Source of the DNA: Nanoarchaeota archaeon SCGC AAA011-G17
GTDB taxonomy: Archaea; Nanobdellota; Nanobdellia; SCGC-AAA011-G17
Assembly: GCA_000402515.1 (NCBI GenBank)
Contig: AQRL01000036.1
Location: 4,871 to 68,870, forward strand
Direction of reading: 5' to 3'
DNA: 64,000 nt
Shown here: piece by piece, positions 46,334 through 56,588 of the stretch
Position numbering within the stretch: position 1 is the stretch's first letter
How the letters are laid out: each line of letters begins with the position of its first letter
Made by a program: the position numbers and the translations under genes
The notes under the pieces: generated by a model
The model's database searches: none
What the model was told of the DNA's origin: nothing
What the model saw: the letters and a program-made list of their open reading frames with translations, nothing else

Positions 46334-47785
46334 TTAGTAGGGCTTGGCAAGATAAACAACTTCTTTTGCCTCTTTATTACAGACAATGCATTTTCCAGAG
46401 GCTTTTTCCTTTACATCACTTCTTATCCCGCGGACTGTCAATTCTGTTTCTTTCTCTATTTTTTCGGCGCATTTCTCACCATCTTTGTCTATTGAGCAGA
46501 AATTAACTCTAACAAATTTACCATTTATTTTTTTCAGCTCTGAAAAGTTTTTAACATTGATTATGCTGTTCTTGAATTCATCATCTGCTTTTTTGATGAG
46601 ATTCTTTGTTAGTTCCTCTCCGACTTTTTCAATCTTCTTAACTAAATCCTTGAGCTTTACTTTTTCTTTTTTTCTTGTATCTCTTCTGAATAGTGTAACT
46701 TCTGAACTTTTGGCTTCTTTTGGACCTAGTTCTAACCTTATTGGAATGCCTTTCATTTCCCAGTGATAGAATTTTTCACCCATATTTTCTTCCCTTAAAT
46801 CAAGATAAACTCTAAACTTCTCAGCTAGTTTTTTCTGAAGATCTTTTGCTTTCTTCAGCACTTCTTTTTCCTTACCTTTAATCAGCACAGGAACAATTAC
46901 AATCTGGAAGGGAGCAATTTTGAAGGGAAAGATTAAGCCATTATCATCTCCATGTATTGAAATCAAGGAAGCAAATATTCTTGAGATAGCTGGACCATAA
47001 CAGGTAATAAAGCAGTATTTATCCTCTCCATTTTTATCTTTGAATTTTACATCAAAGGGCTTTGAAAAATTTTGTCCAAGAAGATGAGTAGAGGGCTGCT
47101 GGATAACTTTTCCATCCGGCATTAGGGTATCTGCTGCATAGGTATTTACTGCTCCTGCAAATTTGTCCCACTGCGGCCTTTTGAAGAATATAAAAGGAAT
47201 TCCAAATTCATCATGAAGCATTTCCTTTGTTGTCTCCATATCTTCTTTTACCTGTGCTTCTGCTTCTTCTAATGAAGAGAAGGCATCATGGGCTTCTATC
47301 CAGTAGAATTCTCTAGAGCGGATAAATGGACGTGTAGCTTTTGTCTCATATCTCCATACCTGGGCTCTTTGATAGGTTTTAAATGGTAAATCCTTATAGC
47401 TCCTGATCCATAATGAGAACATCTGATAAAAGGCTGTTTCTGATGTTGGGCGTAAAGCTAAAGGTTCTTCTAATTTCTGGTTATCCCCATAGCTTGTTAC
47501 CCAAAATACATCTGGTGAGAAGCCTTTCACATGTTCTTTTTCTTTTAAAAAATTTGATTCTGGAATTACAGCGGGATACCAGTAGGGCAAATGTCCCTTT
47601 TCTTGTAATTTTTTTTCATACAAGGAATACATATTTTCCATTGTTAAGACTGAGAAGGGCTGAAAGACCAAGAATCCTTTTATATTGTACCTTAAATCTG
47701 CCAATTCTGCTCTCTTGACAATTTCAGTATACCACTCTGAGAAATTTTTATTCTTGTCAATATTGAAGGTAACTTTTTCTTGCAT
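46334..47785 (-). CDS. proS: Prolyl-tRNA synthetase, archaeal/eukaryal type
   Basis: 483 aa; class II motifs (RPTSETAFYQMF, FRAELT-like SREFYWIEAHDAF). Confidence 0.85.
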   Translation of the reverse strand: MQEKVTFNIDKNKNFSEWYTEIVKRAELADLRYNIKGFLVFQPFSVLTMENMYSLYEKKLQEKGHLPYWYPAVIPESNFLKEKEHVKGFSPDVFWVTSYGDNQKLEEPLALRPTSETAFYQMFSLWIRSYKDLPFKTYQRAQVWRYETKATRPFIRSREFYWIEAHDAFSSLEEAEAQVKEDMETTKEMLHDEFGIPFIFFKRPQWDKFAGAVNTYAADTLMPDGKVIQQPSTHLLGQNFSKPFDVKFKDKNGEDKYCFITCYGPAISRIFASLISIHGDDNGLIFPFKIAPFQIVIVPVLIKGKEKEVLKKAKDLQKKLAEKFRVYLDLREENMGEKFYHWEMKGIPIRLELGPKEAKSSEVTLFRRDTRKKEKVKLKDLVKKIEKVGEELTKNLIKKADDEFKNSIINVKNFSELKKINGKFVRVNFCSIDKDGEKCAEKIEKETELTVRGIRSDVKEKASGKCIVCNKEAKEVVYLAKPY

Positions 47786-47805
47786 TAGCTTGAATATAAG
47801 ATAGG

Positions 47806-47857
47806 GATATTTAATTCTTTCGGAGAGTATATTTTAAAGGAAATAAATGCTTATAAA
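47806..47857. promoter_or_regulatory. 52-bp element with BRE/TATA-like TTTAAAGG...TTATAAA (copy 1), duplicated exactly at 48663-48714
   Basis: Identical 52-mer gatatttaattctttcggagagtatattttaaaggaaataaatgcttataaa in two divergent intergenic regions. Confidence 0.6.
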
Positions 47858-48297
47858 TGAGTTTAAATAAATGGGGTGTTATGACAAATAAAAGAGAAAT
47901 GAAAAAAATAGAAGATAGAATTTTCAGGCTATTAAGTAAAAAAGGTCTTGAAGGTGTTATGGATGAGATGGAATCTGAAATAAAGAAAAAAAATGAAGAA
48001 CTTATTCTTGATGAGTATACAGTCCTTCTTGCTCTTATAGAGGGTAAATTGATGGGTGATTGTTCTCCTGAATTCCAAATAAATAAGGAGTTAAGCAACC
48101 TTAGATATAAAAGAGGAGTTGGATTGTGTTACGGAGAAGGAGAAAATAAAATAACTATATTGGATGCTGCCAAACTTTATACAAGAAGGAAGGGTGATTC
48201 AGATATTAAGTATGGGATGAGAAGATTAGCACGGGACTTTGATGATGCAGTTAGTAACAGTATTCTGAGCACAATAGATCCTAATGCTGATAAATAA
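47857..48297 (+). CDS. Hypothetical protein
   Basis: 146-aa ORF (alternative start M9 at 47881). Confidence 0.35.
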   Translation: MSLNKWGVMTNKREMKKIEDRIFRLLSKKGLEGVMDEMESEIKKKNEELILDEYTVLLALIEGKLMGDCSPEFQINKELSNLRYKRGVGLCYGEGENKITILDAAKLYTRRKGDSDIKYGMRRLARDFDDAVSNSILSTIDPNADK

Positions 48298-48310
48298 TCA
48301 CAAATATTGT

Positions 48311-48643
48311 TCAATACAACTTTCCGCCAATTGGAACTTCTCTTTCTGGCTTAATCAAAACACATTCCCCATTTTTATCAGGAACTCCAAGAGTTAAAAC
48401 TTCAGATGCTGCAGGCCCAATCTGTCTTGGCGGGAAATTTACAACACAAAGAACTAATTTTCCCTTCAGACTTTCTTTGGAATAATTCTTAACAAGCTGA
48501 GCGCAGGATTTCTTTATTCCAATTTCTTTTCCCAAATCAATTTTTAATTTGTATGACGGCTTTCTTGCTTCTGGAAAATCCTCTGCTTCTATAATCTTTC
48601 CAACACGAATATCCAATTTCTGAAAATCTTCAAATGCTGCCAT
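48311..48643 (-). CDS. tRNA-binding protein (CsaA/Trbp111-like OB-fold)
   Basis: [32 protein letters not shown] matches the tRNA-binding domain. Confidence 0.7.
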   Translation of the reverse strand: MAAFEDFQKLDIRVGKIIEAEDFPEARKPSYKLKIDLGKEIGIKKSCAQLVKNYSKESLKGKLVLCVVNFPPRQIGPAASEVLTLGVPDKNGECVLIKPEREVPIGGKLY

Positions 48644-48662
48644 AAATAAACTGTAAAATAAA

Positions 48663-48714
48663 GATATTTAATTCTTTCGGAGAGTATATTTTAAAGGAAA
48701 TAAATGCTTATAAA
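48663..48714. promoter_or_regulatory. 52-bp BRE/TATA-like element (copy 2)
   Basis: Identical to 47806-47857. Confidence 0.6.
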
Positions 48715-48736
48715 CAACTCCCTTTAACTTAACTGT

Positions 48737-49126
48737 ATGGTTCAAGGTTTTCAAGAAGAACTGAGTGGTATTGATAGAAACATTGAGAAAGATTATAAAC
48801 AACTAATTGTTGCTGCATACAAACCTATTTTTGAAAGACTTGCAAGAACAGCAATATCTCATATGGAACAAGAGAATATTCCTGAAATCAAATTGGATGA
48901 TTATACTGATTTAGTTTTTAGACAGAATGGAAATTTTTTTCAGAAAGGAAATGAAGAATTGGGTTTCTCAATATTGATAGCAGAAATTTACCAAAAAAGA
49001 GTTGATAGAATTGCTGCATTAGCAGATAATAGAGGTCATTCTGGGATAACTCTTAAACAAGCAATGAGAGATGCGGCAGAGGATTTTAAAAATAAGATTT
49101 CGAAATCAATTGAGAATCATCTTTAA
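48737..49126 (+). CDS. Hypothetical protein
   Basis: 129-aa ORF. Confidence 0.3.
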   Translation: MVQGFQEELSGIDRNIEKDYKQLIVAAYKPIFERLARTAISHMEQENIPEIKLDDYTDLVFRQNGNFFQKGNEELGFSILIAEIYQKRVDRIAALADNRGHSGITLKQAMRDAAEDFKNKISKSIENHL

Positions 49127-49392
49127 AGGTATTGTTCAACCACATCATCTGGCCAGCCCTGTTTTTTCAATTCATGTTTTATCTGTTTTTTAGTCAAGCC
49201 CTGTTTCTTTGCCTTGTGAATATACATTACTACATTTGGGTGCTTGTGACTTTTGTTTCTTCTTGATTTTATTATCATTGATTTATGCCACATCCAGTAA
49301 AAGGCAATTATCAGACCAATAAAGAATAGTATTACCAAGATTAAAATAGTGATTTTCAGGGTAGTTTCATCCATATATATTATATAGTTCAA
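49123..49392 (-). CDS. Small membrane protein
   Basis: 89 aa, one TM (ILILVILFFIGLIIAFYWMW). Confidence 0.35.
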   Translation of the reverse strand: MNYIIYMDETTLKITILILVILFFIGLIIAFYWMWHKSMIIKSRRNKSHKHPNVVMYIHKAKKQGLTKKQIKHELKKQGWPDDVVEQYL

Positions 49393-49449
49393 ATTATATA
49401 TAAAGATTGCTATAGAAAAATTTAAAAGAATATAAAAGAGGAATATAGT

Positions 49450-49770
49450 ATGGGAATTGTAATCGGGCTTATAGAAAAGATAAAAATCAATGACAGGGAG
49501 ATAGAGGCAAAAATAGACACCGGGGCAAGCACAAGCTCAATAGACAGCACATTGGCAGAGGAATTAAAGCTAGGGCCCACAATAAAAACAAAGAATATTA
49601 AAAGTGTTCATGGAAATAGCATGAGGCCTGTAATAAAAACAAGGATTATTCTTCAGGGAAAGGCTTTAAATGCAAGGTTTAACCTGATTGACAGGAAAGA
49701 TATGAAATACAGGATTTTAATCGGGAAGAATATATTAAAGAGGGGGTTTATTATTGACCCTAAAAGATGA
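49450..49770 (+). CDS. Retropepsin-like aspartic peptidase (DUF785-type, RimK-associated)
   Basis: Active-site-like DTGAS; overlaps the RimK start. Confidence 0.55.
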   Translation: MGIVIGLIEKIKINDREIEAKIDTGASTSSIDSTLAEELKLGPTIKTKNIKSVHGNSMRPVIKTRIILQGKALNARFNLIDRKDMKYRILIGKNILKRGFIIDPKR

Positions 49771-50843
49771 AATTATGCGTCATAAGCCTGGGGGGTTATA
49801 GCAGCAGATTAATAGCCCAAGAGGCAAGAGAGCTATTCAGCAGTGTAGAAGAGGTTAAGATAAATGAGATTGAGGTAAGGGCAGGCAAGGATGGGTTTAA
49901 GGTTTTACATGATGGAACGGAACTGCCAAATTTTGACTGCGTTTATTTAAGGGGAAGCTACAAATATGCAATATTACAGAGAGCAATAACAGAGGCATTG
50001 CTGGGAAAATGCTATATGCCTTTCAAACCAGATTCTTTTTTTCTTGGGAGAGATAAATTACTTACAATATTAGAGCTGCAGAAATATAATATTAACATTC
50101 CAAAGACCTATCTTGCAAGCACAATCAAGGTTGCAAAAAAAATATTAGAGGAAGTAGAGTTCCCGATTATTATCAAAATACCAAGCGGAACACACGGCAA
50201 AGGGGTAATGAGCGCTGATTCTATTGAAAGTGCGAAAACAATACTGGACGTGCTGGAGGTCTTCAAACAGCCGTATATTATCCAGGAGTTTATTGACACT
50301 GGGGCTGAAGACATAAGAGTAATTGTTGCCGGTGACAGCATTGTCGGCTGTATGAAAAGAAAGGGGATGAAGGGAGATATAAGGGCAAATATCCATCAGG
50401 GCGGAACAGGCATGATTCATAATTTAAAGCCTGAAGAAAGGGAATTAGCAATAAGAACCGCAAGGGCTATCAAGGCTGAGATTGTCGGGATAGATATATT
50501 AGAGAGTTTCAGGGGCCCGATGGTTATCGAGGCTAATTTAAGCCCGGGGTTAAGAGGAATAATGGAAGTAACTAAAAAAAATATGGCAAGGGATATTGCA
50601 TCTTATTTATTTGAAAGGTCAAAGGAATTTAAAGAAACTAAGCTGGCTGATGGCGCAAAGAATGTTCTGAAGGATTTAACCAAAAAACATGAGAAGGGCA
50701 TTTTAATGAATTTAGATATAAGATTAGACACAATAAGAATCCCTCCTGAAATTACAAAGATTACCGGCTTTACAAAAGAAAGGGATGTTTTACTGACTGC
50801 TGATAAAGGCAAACTGACAATTAAGAATTCAGAAGATTTTTAA
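49767..50843 (+). CDS. rimK: RimK-family ATP-grasp alpha-L-glutamate ligase
   Basis: ATP-grasp pattern (FPIIIKIPSGTHGKGV...IIQEFI...GADIRVIV...IVGIDILE). Confidence 0.7.
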   Translation: MKLCVISLGGYSSRLIAQEARELFSSVEEVKINEIEVRAGKDGFKVLHDGTELPNFDCVYLRGSYKYAILQRAITEALLGKCYMPFKPDSFFLGRDKLLTILELQKYNINIPKTYLASTIKVAKKILEEVEFPIIIKIPSGTHGKGVMSADSIESAKTILDVLEVFKQPYIIQEFIDTGAEDIRVIVAGDSIVGCMKRKGMKGDIRANIHQGGTGMIHNLKPEERELAIRTARAIKAEIVGIDILESFRGPMVIEANLSPGLRGIMEVTKKNMARDIASYLFERSKEFKETKLADGAKNVLKDLTKKHEKGILMNLDIRLDTIRIPPEITKITGFTKERDVLLTADKGKLTIKNSEDF

Positions 50844-50865
50844 ACCTAAACCATAAGAAAAGATA

Positions 50866-53559
50866 ATGGAAGAAAATTCTGTTTTAGAAAAAAGAAAAGA
50901 GAAGATATTTTCTTACTTCAAAAAAAATACTAAATGGTACTGGATAGTTCTTATTATAATTGCATGGCTTGGCTATTTTATAAGAACAAGAAATCTTCCA
51001 TTATTGCATGATGTAACAACTGGAAGATATATTCCGGGACCAGAGGCTGACACTTATGTTTTTCTTAGATATGTTGAGTATATTGTCCAAAATGGCCACT
51101 TAATGGCTGCAGACTGCATGAGATATTTCCCGTGGTGCTATGGTGGTGCTTATGGTGGGAACATGAATGAGTATAGTTTCTTAAGTTATTTCATTGCTTA
51201 CCTGTATAAATTCTGGCATTTCTTCAATTCCTCAATAACTGTCCAGTATGCCCATGTTATGTATCCTGTTATTTCTTTTGTTATTGCATTAGTATTCTTC
51301 TTTTTGCTTGTAAAAAAATTATTTGATTATAAGATTGCATTATTAGCAAGCGCTTTTTTAACATTGGTTCCTGCTTATTTACACAGAACAATAGCCGGCT
51401 TCTCTGACAAGGAGAGCCTTGGATTTATATTTATGTTTGCTGCATTTTATTTCTTTGTCTGCGCGTGGCAGAATGAAAAAATAAAGAAGGCAATTATATT
51501 CGGTGCATTGTCTGGGCTGAGCAGCGGACTGATGGGATTAGTATGGGGCGGCTTTAGCTTTGTCATTACAACAATCGGCATTTTTGTTTTGCTTGAGGTT
51601 TTATTAAACAGGATAGATGAAAAAAATTCATATGCTTATATTTCATGGTTTTTGCTTCTAAGTTTTATATTAATTGCCTTTAGGGGCTGGACCTTGGGGA
51701 ACCTTATTGGAAGTATGTACACTGCTATTGATTGCATAGCATTTGTTATGATTATATTAAATTTAGCAATATTAAAAAAAGATTTATTAAAAATAAGGGA
51801 AAGAATAGACAAAAAAATTCCTGTCGGCATCCTGAATTTTCTAGTTACTTTGGTTATTGGTGTTTTAGCAATGATGATAGTGTTCCATCCAGATTTTATC
51901 ATAGACAGAATCAGGGATATTTATGTAACTTTAACAAATCCCTTTGGAACAGGGAGATGGGCTGTAACTGTTGCAGAGGCTCATCAGCCCTATTTAGTTG
52001 ATTGGGTTGGACAAATGTCCTGGACTTATTTCTGGCTGTTTATGGCTGGCTCTGTTCTGATATTTTATAATATTATCAAAATAGTTGAAAAAAATGCATG
52101 GAAACCAACATTAGTATATTTATTATTCCTTTTGGGATTTACATTCAGCAGATACTCTCCTAGTAGCACAGTTCTTAATGGTGAAACAAATACTGCCCGG
52201 TTTATTTACTTTGGCTCATTAATAATGCTTGGTGTGTTTATTATTGCATCCTACTTATACCTATTTTACAAAAATAAAGAGAAATTCAACAAAATAAAAG
52301 AAATAAATGATGTTGCTTTTTTTATTTTAGTCTGGTTTGTAATTATGATTGTCGGGGCAAGAAGCGCCTCAAGATTAATTCTTGTTTTTGTTCCTGTAAC
52401 AACTATACTTGCTGCTTATTTAGCTGTAAATGCAATTGAATATTCAATGAAACTGAAAAAAGATGCATACAAGATAATTGCTTACCTATTAATCTTCTTT
52501 ATTGTATTCTCTCCATTTGGCTCTGCTGTAAGCGCGATTCCCTTGGTTAATAAACTTCCAATAATAAACAAAGATGGAATGCTGGTTGAATTTGGAAGAC
52601 AAACCTATTTGCAGGCAAAATACGTAGGTCCTGGATATAATCAGCAATGGCAATATGCTGGAAAATGGATAAGAGAAAATACTCCAAAGGATGCTGTTTT
52701 TGCCCACTGGTGGGATTATGGATATCTAGTTCAGTACGGAGGGGAGAGGGCAACTATGACAGATGGCGGTAATGCTATGGGCAGCTTAAATTATTTTATG
52801 GGAAGGACAGTTTTAACAGGGCAGAATGAAACTGAGGCATTAGAATTTTTGAAAGCGCATAATGCCACTAATTTGTTAATGATTTCAGATGAGATTGGAA
52901 AGTATCCTGCATTTTCATCAATTGGCTCAGATGTTAACTGGGACAGATATTCATGGCTGCAGGTCTTCCAGATTGATAAAAATAATATTCAGGAAACAAG
53001 AGACGAGACAATTTATTTATACAGAGGAGGGGCTCCATTAGACGAGGATTTCACATATAAAGGACAGCTATATCCAAGGGGAAGTTCTGGCATTGTAGGA
53101 ATATTCCTGCCAGTAAAACAGGATGGAAATGATTCACAGATAGGACAACCAACAGCTGTTCTTGTTTATAATGGTCAGCAGATCAGGATTCCATTAGAGT
53201 GCGTATTTATTAATGGCAGAGAGATAACCTTCCCCGAGAAAGGAATAGTAGGATGCTTAAGAATTATTCCTGTTATACAAGATAATAAAGTTAATCCGGT
53301 TGATGCTGGGATATATATCTCACCAAAGGTTAAGAGAACATTATTTACCAAGTTATACTTATTCGGACAGGATGGAAAATATTTTAAAACTGTTTATAAT
53401 GATGAGCAAAATATGCCATTATCACTCTATAATGGAAGGATTATCGGACCTTTAAAAATCTGGGATATTAGCTATCCAAAAGACCTTGTAATTCCTGATA
53501 TGTATTATGTTGATAAACTTCCAGACCCAAGAGTTGAAAGCCTTGAAGGAAGATTCTAA
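50866..53559 (+). CDS. aglB: Oligosaccharyltransferase AglB (STT3 family)
   Basis: 13 TM N-terminal domain and WWDYGY motif (AHWWDYGYLVQYGGERATMTDGGN). Confidence 0.85.
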   Translation: MEENSVLEKRKEKIFSYFKKNTKWYWIVLIIIAWLGYFIRTRNLPLLHDVTTGRYIPGPEADTYVFLRYVEYIVQNGHLMAADCMRYFPWCYGGAYGGNMNEYSFLSYFIAYLYKFWHFFNSSITVQYAHVMYPVISFVIALVFFFLLVKKLFDYKIALLASAFLTLVPAYLHRTIAGFSDKESLGFIFMFAAFYFFVCAWQNEKIKKAIIFGALSGLSSGLMGLVWGGFSFVITTIGIFVLLEVLLNRIDEKNSYAYISWFLLLSFILIAFRGWTLGNLIGSMYTAIDCIAFVMIILNLAILKKDLLKIRERIDKKIPVGILNFLVTLVIGVLAMMIVFHPDFIIDRIRDIYVTLTNPFGTGRWAVTVAEAHQPYLVDWVGQMSWTYFWLFMAGSVLIFYNIIKIVEKNAWKPTLVYLLFLLGFTFSRYSPSSTVLNGETNTARFIYFGSLIMLGVFIIASYLYLFYKNKEKFNKIKEINDVAFFILVWFVIMIVGARSASRLILVFVPVTTILAAYLAVNAIEYSMKLKKDAYKIIAYLLIFFIVFSPFGSAVSAIPLVNKLPIINKDGMLVEFGRQTYLQAKYVGPGYNQQWQYAGKWIRENTPKDAVFAHWWDYGYLVQYGGERATMTDGGNAMGSLNYFMGRTVLTGQNETEALEFLKAHNATNLLMISDEIGKYPAFSSIGSDVNWDRYSWLQVFQIDKNNIQETRDETIYLYRGGAPLDEDFTYKGQLYPRGSSGIVGIFLPVKQDGNDSQIGQPTAVLVYNGQQIRIPLECVFINGREITFPEKGIVGCLRIIPVIQDNKVNPVDAGIYISPKVKRTLFTKLYLFGQDGKYFKTVYNDEQNMPLSLYNGRIIGPLKIWDISYPKDLVIPDMYYVDKLPDPRVESLEGRF

Positions 53560-53566
53560 TAAAAAA

Positions 53567-54205
53567 ATGGCTTATGAAAAAGATTATCATGAATTTGTAC
53601 ATAAAAATCTATTAAACAATAATAGATATTATTTATTTAGAGCAAAATATGCTGAAAAAACTTATCTAAAACATTTTAATAAAACAGATAAAATATTAGA
53701 ATTTGGGTGTGGTGTTGGACAGAATATCTTTTTAAGAAAAGAAAATAGCATAGGAATTGATATAAGTGATTTCTGTATTGAAGAGTGCAAAAAAAGAGGA
53801 ATAAAGACCAACAAAAAGATAGAAAGTATAAAGGGTTCAAGTATTGATGGAGTTATTAGTATCCACTGCCTAGAACATGTTGAAAACCCAGATTATTATA
53901 TTAAAGAGTTTTGTAGAATATTAAAAAAAGATGGAAAATTAATAGTTGTTTTACCGAATATTCCAAGAAACAGACCTGAAAAGATATTTATTCCAAATGT
54001 CGCCCAGCATTTTTTCAGCTGGAGATTCCACGAATTCAATGAATTGCTAACCCATAATCATTTTAATATCAAATTGAACAAATTTAATTATGCCTATGGT
54101 TTCTCTTTATTTTATAGATTATCTTTCAAATTGTCTCTCTTTTTGATTAAATTACTTGGATATTTAAAAAACAGAAAGGAGATGATTATTGTTGCTCAAA
54201 AATAA
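53567..54205 (+). CDS. Class I SAM-dependent methyltransferase
   Basis: Start moved to MAYEKDY; ILEFGCGVGQN motif I. Confidence 0.55.
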   Translation: MAYEKDYHEFVHKNLLNNNRYYLFRAKYAEKTYLKHFNKTDKILEFGCGVGQNIFLRKENSIGIDISDFCIEECKKRGIKTNKKIESIKGSSIDGVISIHCLEHVENPDYYIKEFCRILKKDGKLIVVLPNIPRNRPEKIFIPNVAQHFFSWRFHEFNELLTHNHFNIKLNKFNYAYGFSLFYRLSFKLSLFLIKLLGYLKNRKEMIIVAQK

Positions 54206-55685
54206 GATTCCGGATAAATGGCTCTATTTTGCAATAATTGTTCTAGTTATATATTTAGTAATAAGAACTGTCAATTTGTATGGAATAGTAGAAGAATTTC
54301 CATTAGATTTTTCTAATGACCATAGTGCACATATGTCTGATTTATATTTCTTAGAAAAATATGGCTATGGTGAAAATATCCTTAACTGGTATACTTTTGT
54401 TGGCGGATATCCTTTGTTAAAATTCTATCACCCTGCAAGAACATTTTATGGTCTGTTCTTTTATTATTTATTAGGGAGTGTAGAGGCAGCTACATATTTT
54501 GCTATGGTTTCTATTGTAATTCTTGGTTTCATTGCAATATATTTTTTCGGAAAGTATCATGGATTATCCCCAATAAAAAGAACTGCTATGTTTGCCTTAT
54601 TCTTTGCTAACCCAATCCTTATTGGGTATTATAGAATAGGTAGGCATTCCGAAATTTTCGGATTTTTATGGATGATACTATTTATTTTCATTGTTCTTTG
54701 GTATAAAGACAAAAAGTTAGACTGGAAATTCCTGTGGTTTATACCTGTCTATTCCTTGTTATTATTAAGCCATATATCTATATTTTTGATATCATCTATG
54801 CTTATCTTAAGTTTATTATTGGTAAAAAAGAACAGAGAAAGGATTGTAATATTATTAAGCTGTTTTGTAACCTTTTTGTTAACTGCATTTTGGACAATTC
54901 CTTTTGTTAGAGATTCAAGTGAGACATTTGTCGGTGGTTTTTATGGATTACAGAGAACATTATTATTATTTACCCAAGAGACATTGATAGATAGAGTTTC
55001 TTCTTATGTCACTCCATTAATTTTCTTTTTTGTATTTTATTTATATTATAAAACAAGTAAAAACAAAAGGGAGCTTATTTTTTATTCTATTCCACTAGTA
55101 ATTGGAGCACTATTTTTTACCAGAATTCTTGCGTTTGTTCCTATCTTAAACAGACCTGTGCCAGATACCTATAATATGTTCTTCTTATTTTTATCAATAT
55201 ATTTATTTTTAAATTTAAGATTTGATAAATTATTATCTTATGAAAAAAATATTATTAAATACGGATTAATTATTGTTCCAATAGCTGCTATTTTGTTATC
55301 CCTAAATTTCACTTCATTTTATCATGGGCATGACCAGGAGAATAAGGATATTATTTCATTATTTCCTTATGTTGATGACCAATTATTAATCATAGGTATT
55401 AACGGTTATCCAAGACCATATTATTCATATGGTGCAATTTATTATAATATTTACACTCCGTCTGGCTGGGGTTCCCAAAGCGTTAGTAGAGAAGCCAGGG
55501 AAAAATCAGGTTTACCAGATAAATATTTGATTGATAGGGATTGTAACTTATTCTTAAAAAGCATGAAAGATATCGGAGGAAAAGAGATTATTACAAGAGA
55601 TGATAACTGTAATTTTTTAATTAAATGTGGAATGAATCCAACCAGATATTCTAATAGTATTTGTTTATTAAAAATTAAAGAATAG
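54189..55685 (+). CDS. Polytopic membrane protein (GT-C-like putative glycosyltransferase)
   Basis: ~12 predicted TM helices, aromatic-rich loops. Confidence 0.4.
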   Translation: MLLKNKIPDKWLYFAIIVLVIYLVIRTVNLYGIVEEFPLDFSNDHSAHMSDLYFLEKYGYGENILNWYTFVGGYPLLKFYHPARTFYGLFFYYLLGSVEAATYFAMVSIVILGFIAIYFFGKYHGLSPIKRTAMFALFFANPILIGYYRIGRHSEIFGFLWMILFIFIVLWYKDKKLDWKFLWFIPVYSLLLLSHISIFLISSMLILSLLLVKKNRERIVILLSCFVTFLLTAFWTIPFVRDSSETFVGGFYGLQRTLLLFTQETLIDRVSSYVTPLIFFFVFYLYYKTSKNKRELIFYSIPLVIGALFFTRILAFVPILNRPVPDTYNMFFLFLSIYLFLNLRFDKLLSYEKNIIKYGLIIVPIAAILLSLNFTSFYHGHDQENKDIISLFPYVDDQLLIIGINGYPRPYYSYGAIYYNIYTPSGWGSQSVSREAREKSGLPDKYLIDRDCNLFLKSMKDIGGKEIITRDDNCNFLIKCGMNPTRYSNSICLLKIKE

Positions 55686-55706
55686 GTTTAAAAGATTTAT
55701 TAAAAT

Positions 55707-56588
55707 ATGATTTATATGGTTTTGTGTAATATTTGTAGTGGAGACACGTATACAGTCATTTATGAAGGGAAAGATGGTAAAAATTATCAGTATTATTCCA
55801 GCGGAAATTATGGAAAGATAATTAGATGTAATAATTGCGGTCTTATTTATGTTAATCCTTTAGGTAAAGATATAGAAAAGAATTATGAAACTATTGAGGA
55901 CAAGGATTATCTAAAATCAAAAGAGGCTAGGATAGAAACGTCCAAGAGAGATTTAAAAGAAATTGAAAAATATAAGAAAGAGGGTAAAATATTGGATATT
56001 GGTTGTGGTCCAGGTTTTTTTCTTAAAGTTGCTAAAGATAATAAATGGGATGAATACGGAGTTGAATTATCCAAATGGGCTTGTGATTATGGAAAAAATA
56101 CTGGTGTTAATATTATAAACAAAAGATTAGAAAGGGCTAAATTCAATGATAAATTTTTTGATGTTATTACCTTATGGGATGTTATAGAACATGTTGAGTA
56201 TCCATCTAGTTTACTTTTAGAGATAAACCGTATCTTAAAGAATGATGGAATTATTGTATTAAACACCCCAAATATCGGAAGTATCTTTGCAAAAATTATG
56301 GGAAAAAGGTGGTGGAATCTTATTGGCATGCATATTTATTATTTTGATAAAAAAACGATTAGAAAAATATTAGAAAAAAATGGATTTAAGATTATTAAAA
56401 TAAAATCATATTCGAGGATTATAACCCCAAGGTATGCAGTTGAATGGTTAAAAAATTATAAAATGATTTATGGTATTTTAAAATTTATTTTTGATAAAAC
56501 TTTTTTAGGAAATGTTAGACCAAGAGTAAACTTTTTTGATAATATAGTTGTTTATGCCAAGAAGTCAGGACCATCTAATAAAGAATAA
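55707..56588 (+). CDS. Methyltransferase with N-terminal Zn-ribbon
   Basis: CNICSG...CNNCG ribbon; ILDIGCGPGFF motif I. Confidence 0.6.
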   Translation: MIYMVLCNICSGDTYTVIYEGKDGKNYQYYSSGNYGKIIRCNNCGLIYVNPLGKDIEKNYETIEDKDYLKSKEARIETSKRDLKEIEKYKKEGKILDIGCGPGFFLKVAKDNKWDEYGVELSKWACDYGKNTGVNIINKRLERAKFNDKFFDVITLWDVIEHVEYPSSLLLEINRILKNDGIIVLNTPNIGSIFAKIMGKRWWNLIGMHIYYFDKKTIRKILEKNGFKIIKIKSYSRIITPRYAVEWLKNYKMIYGILKFIFDKTFLGNVRPRVNFFDNIVVYAKKSGPSNKE

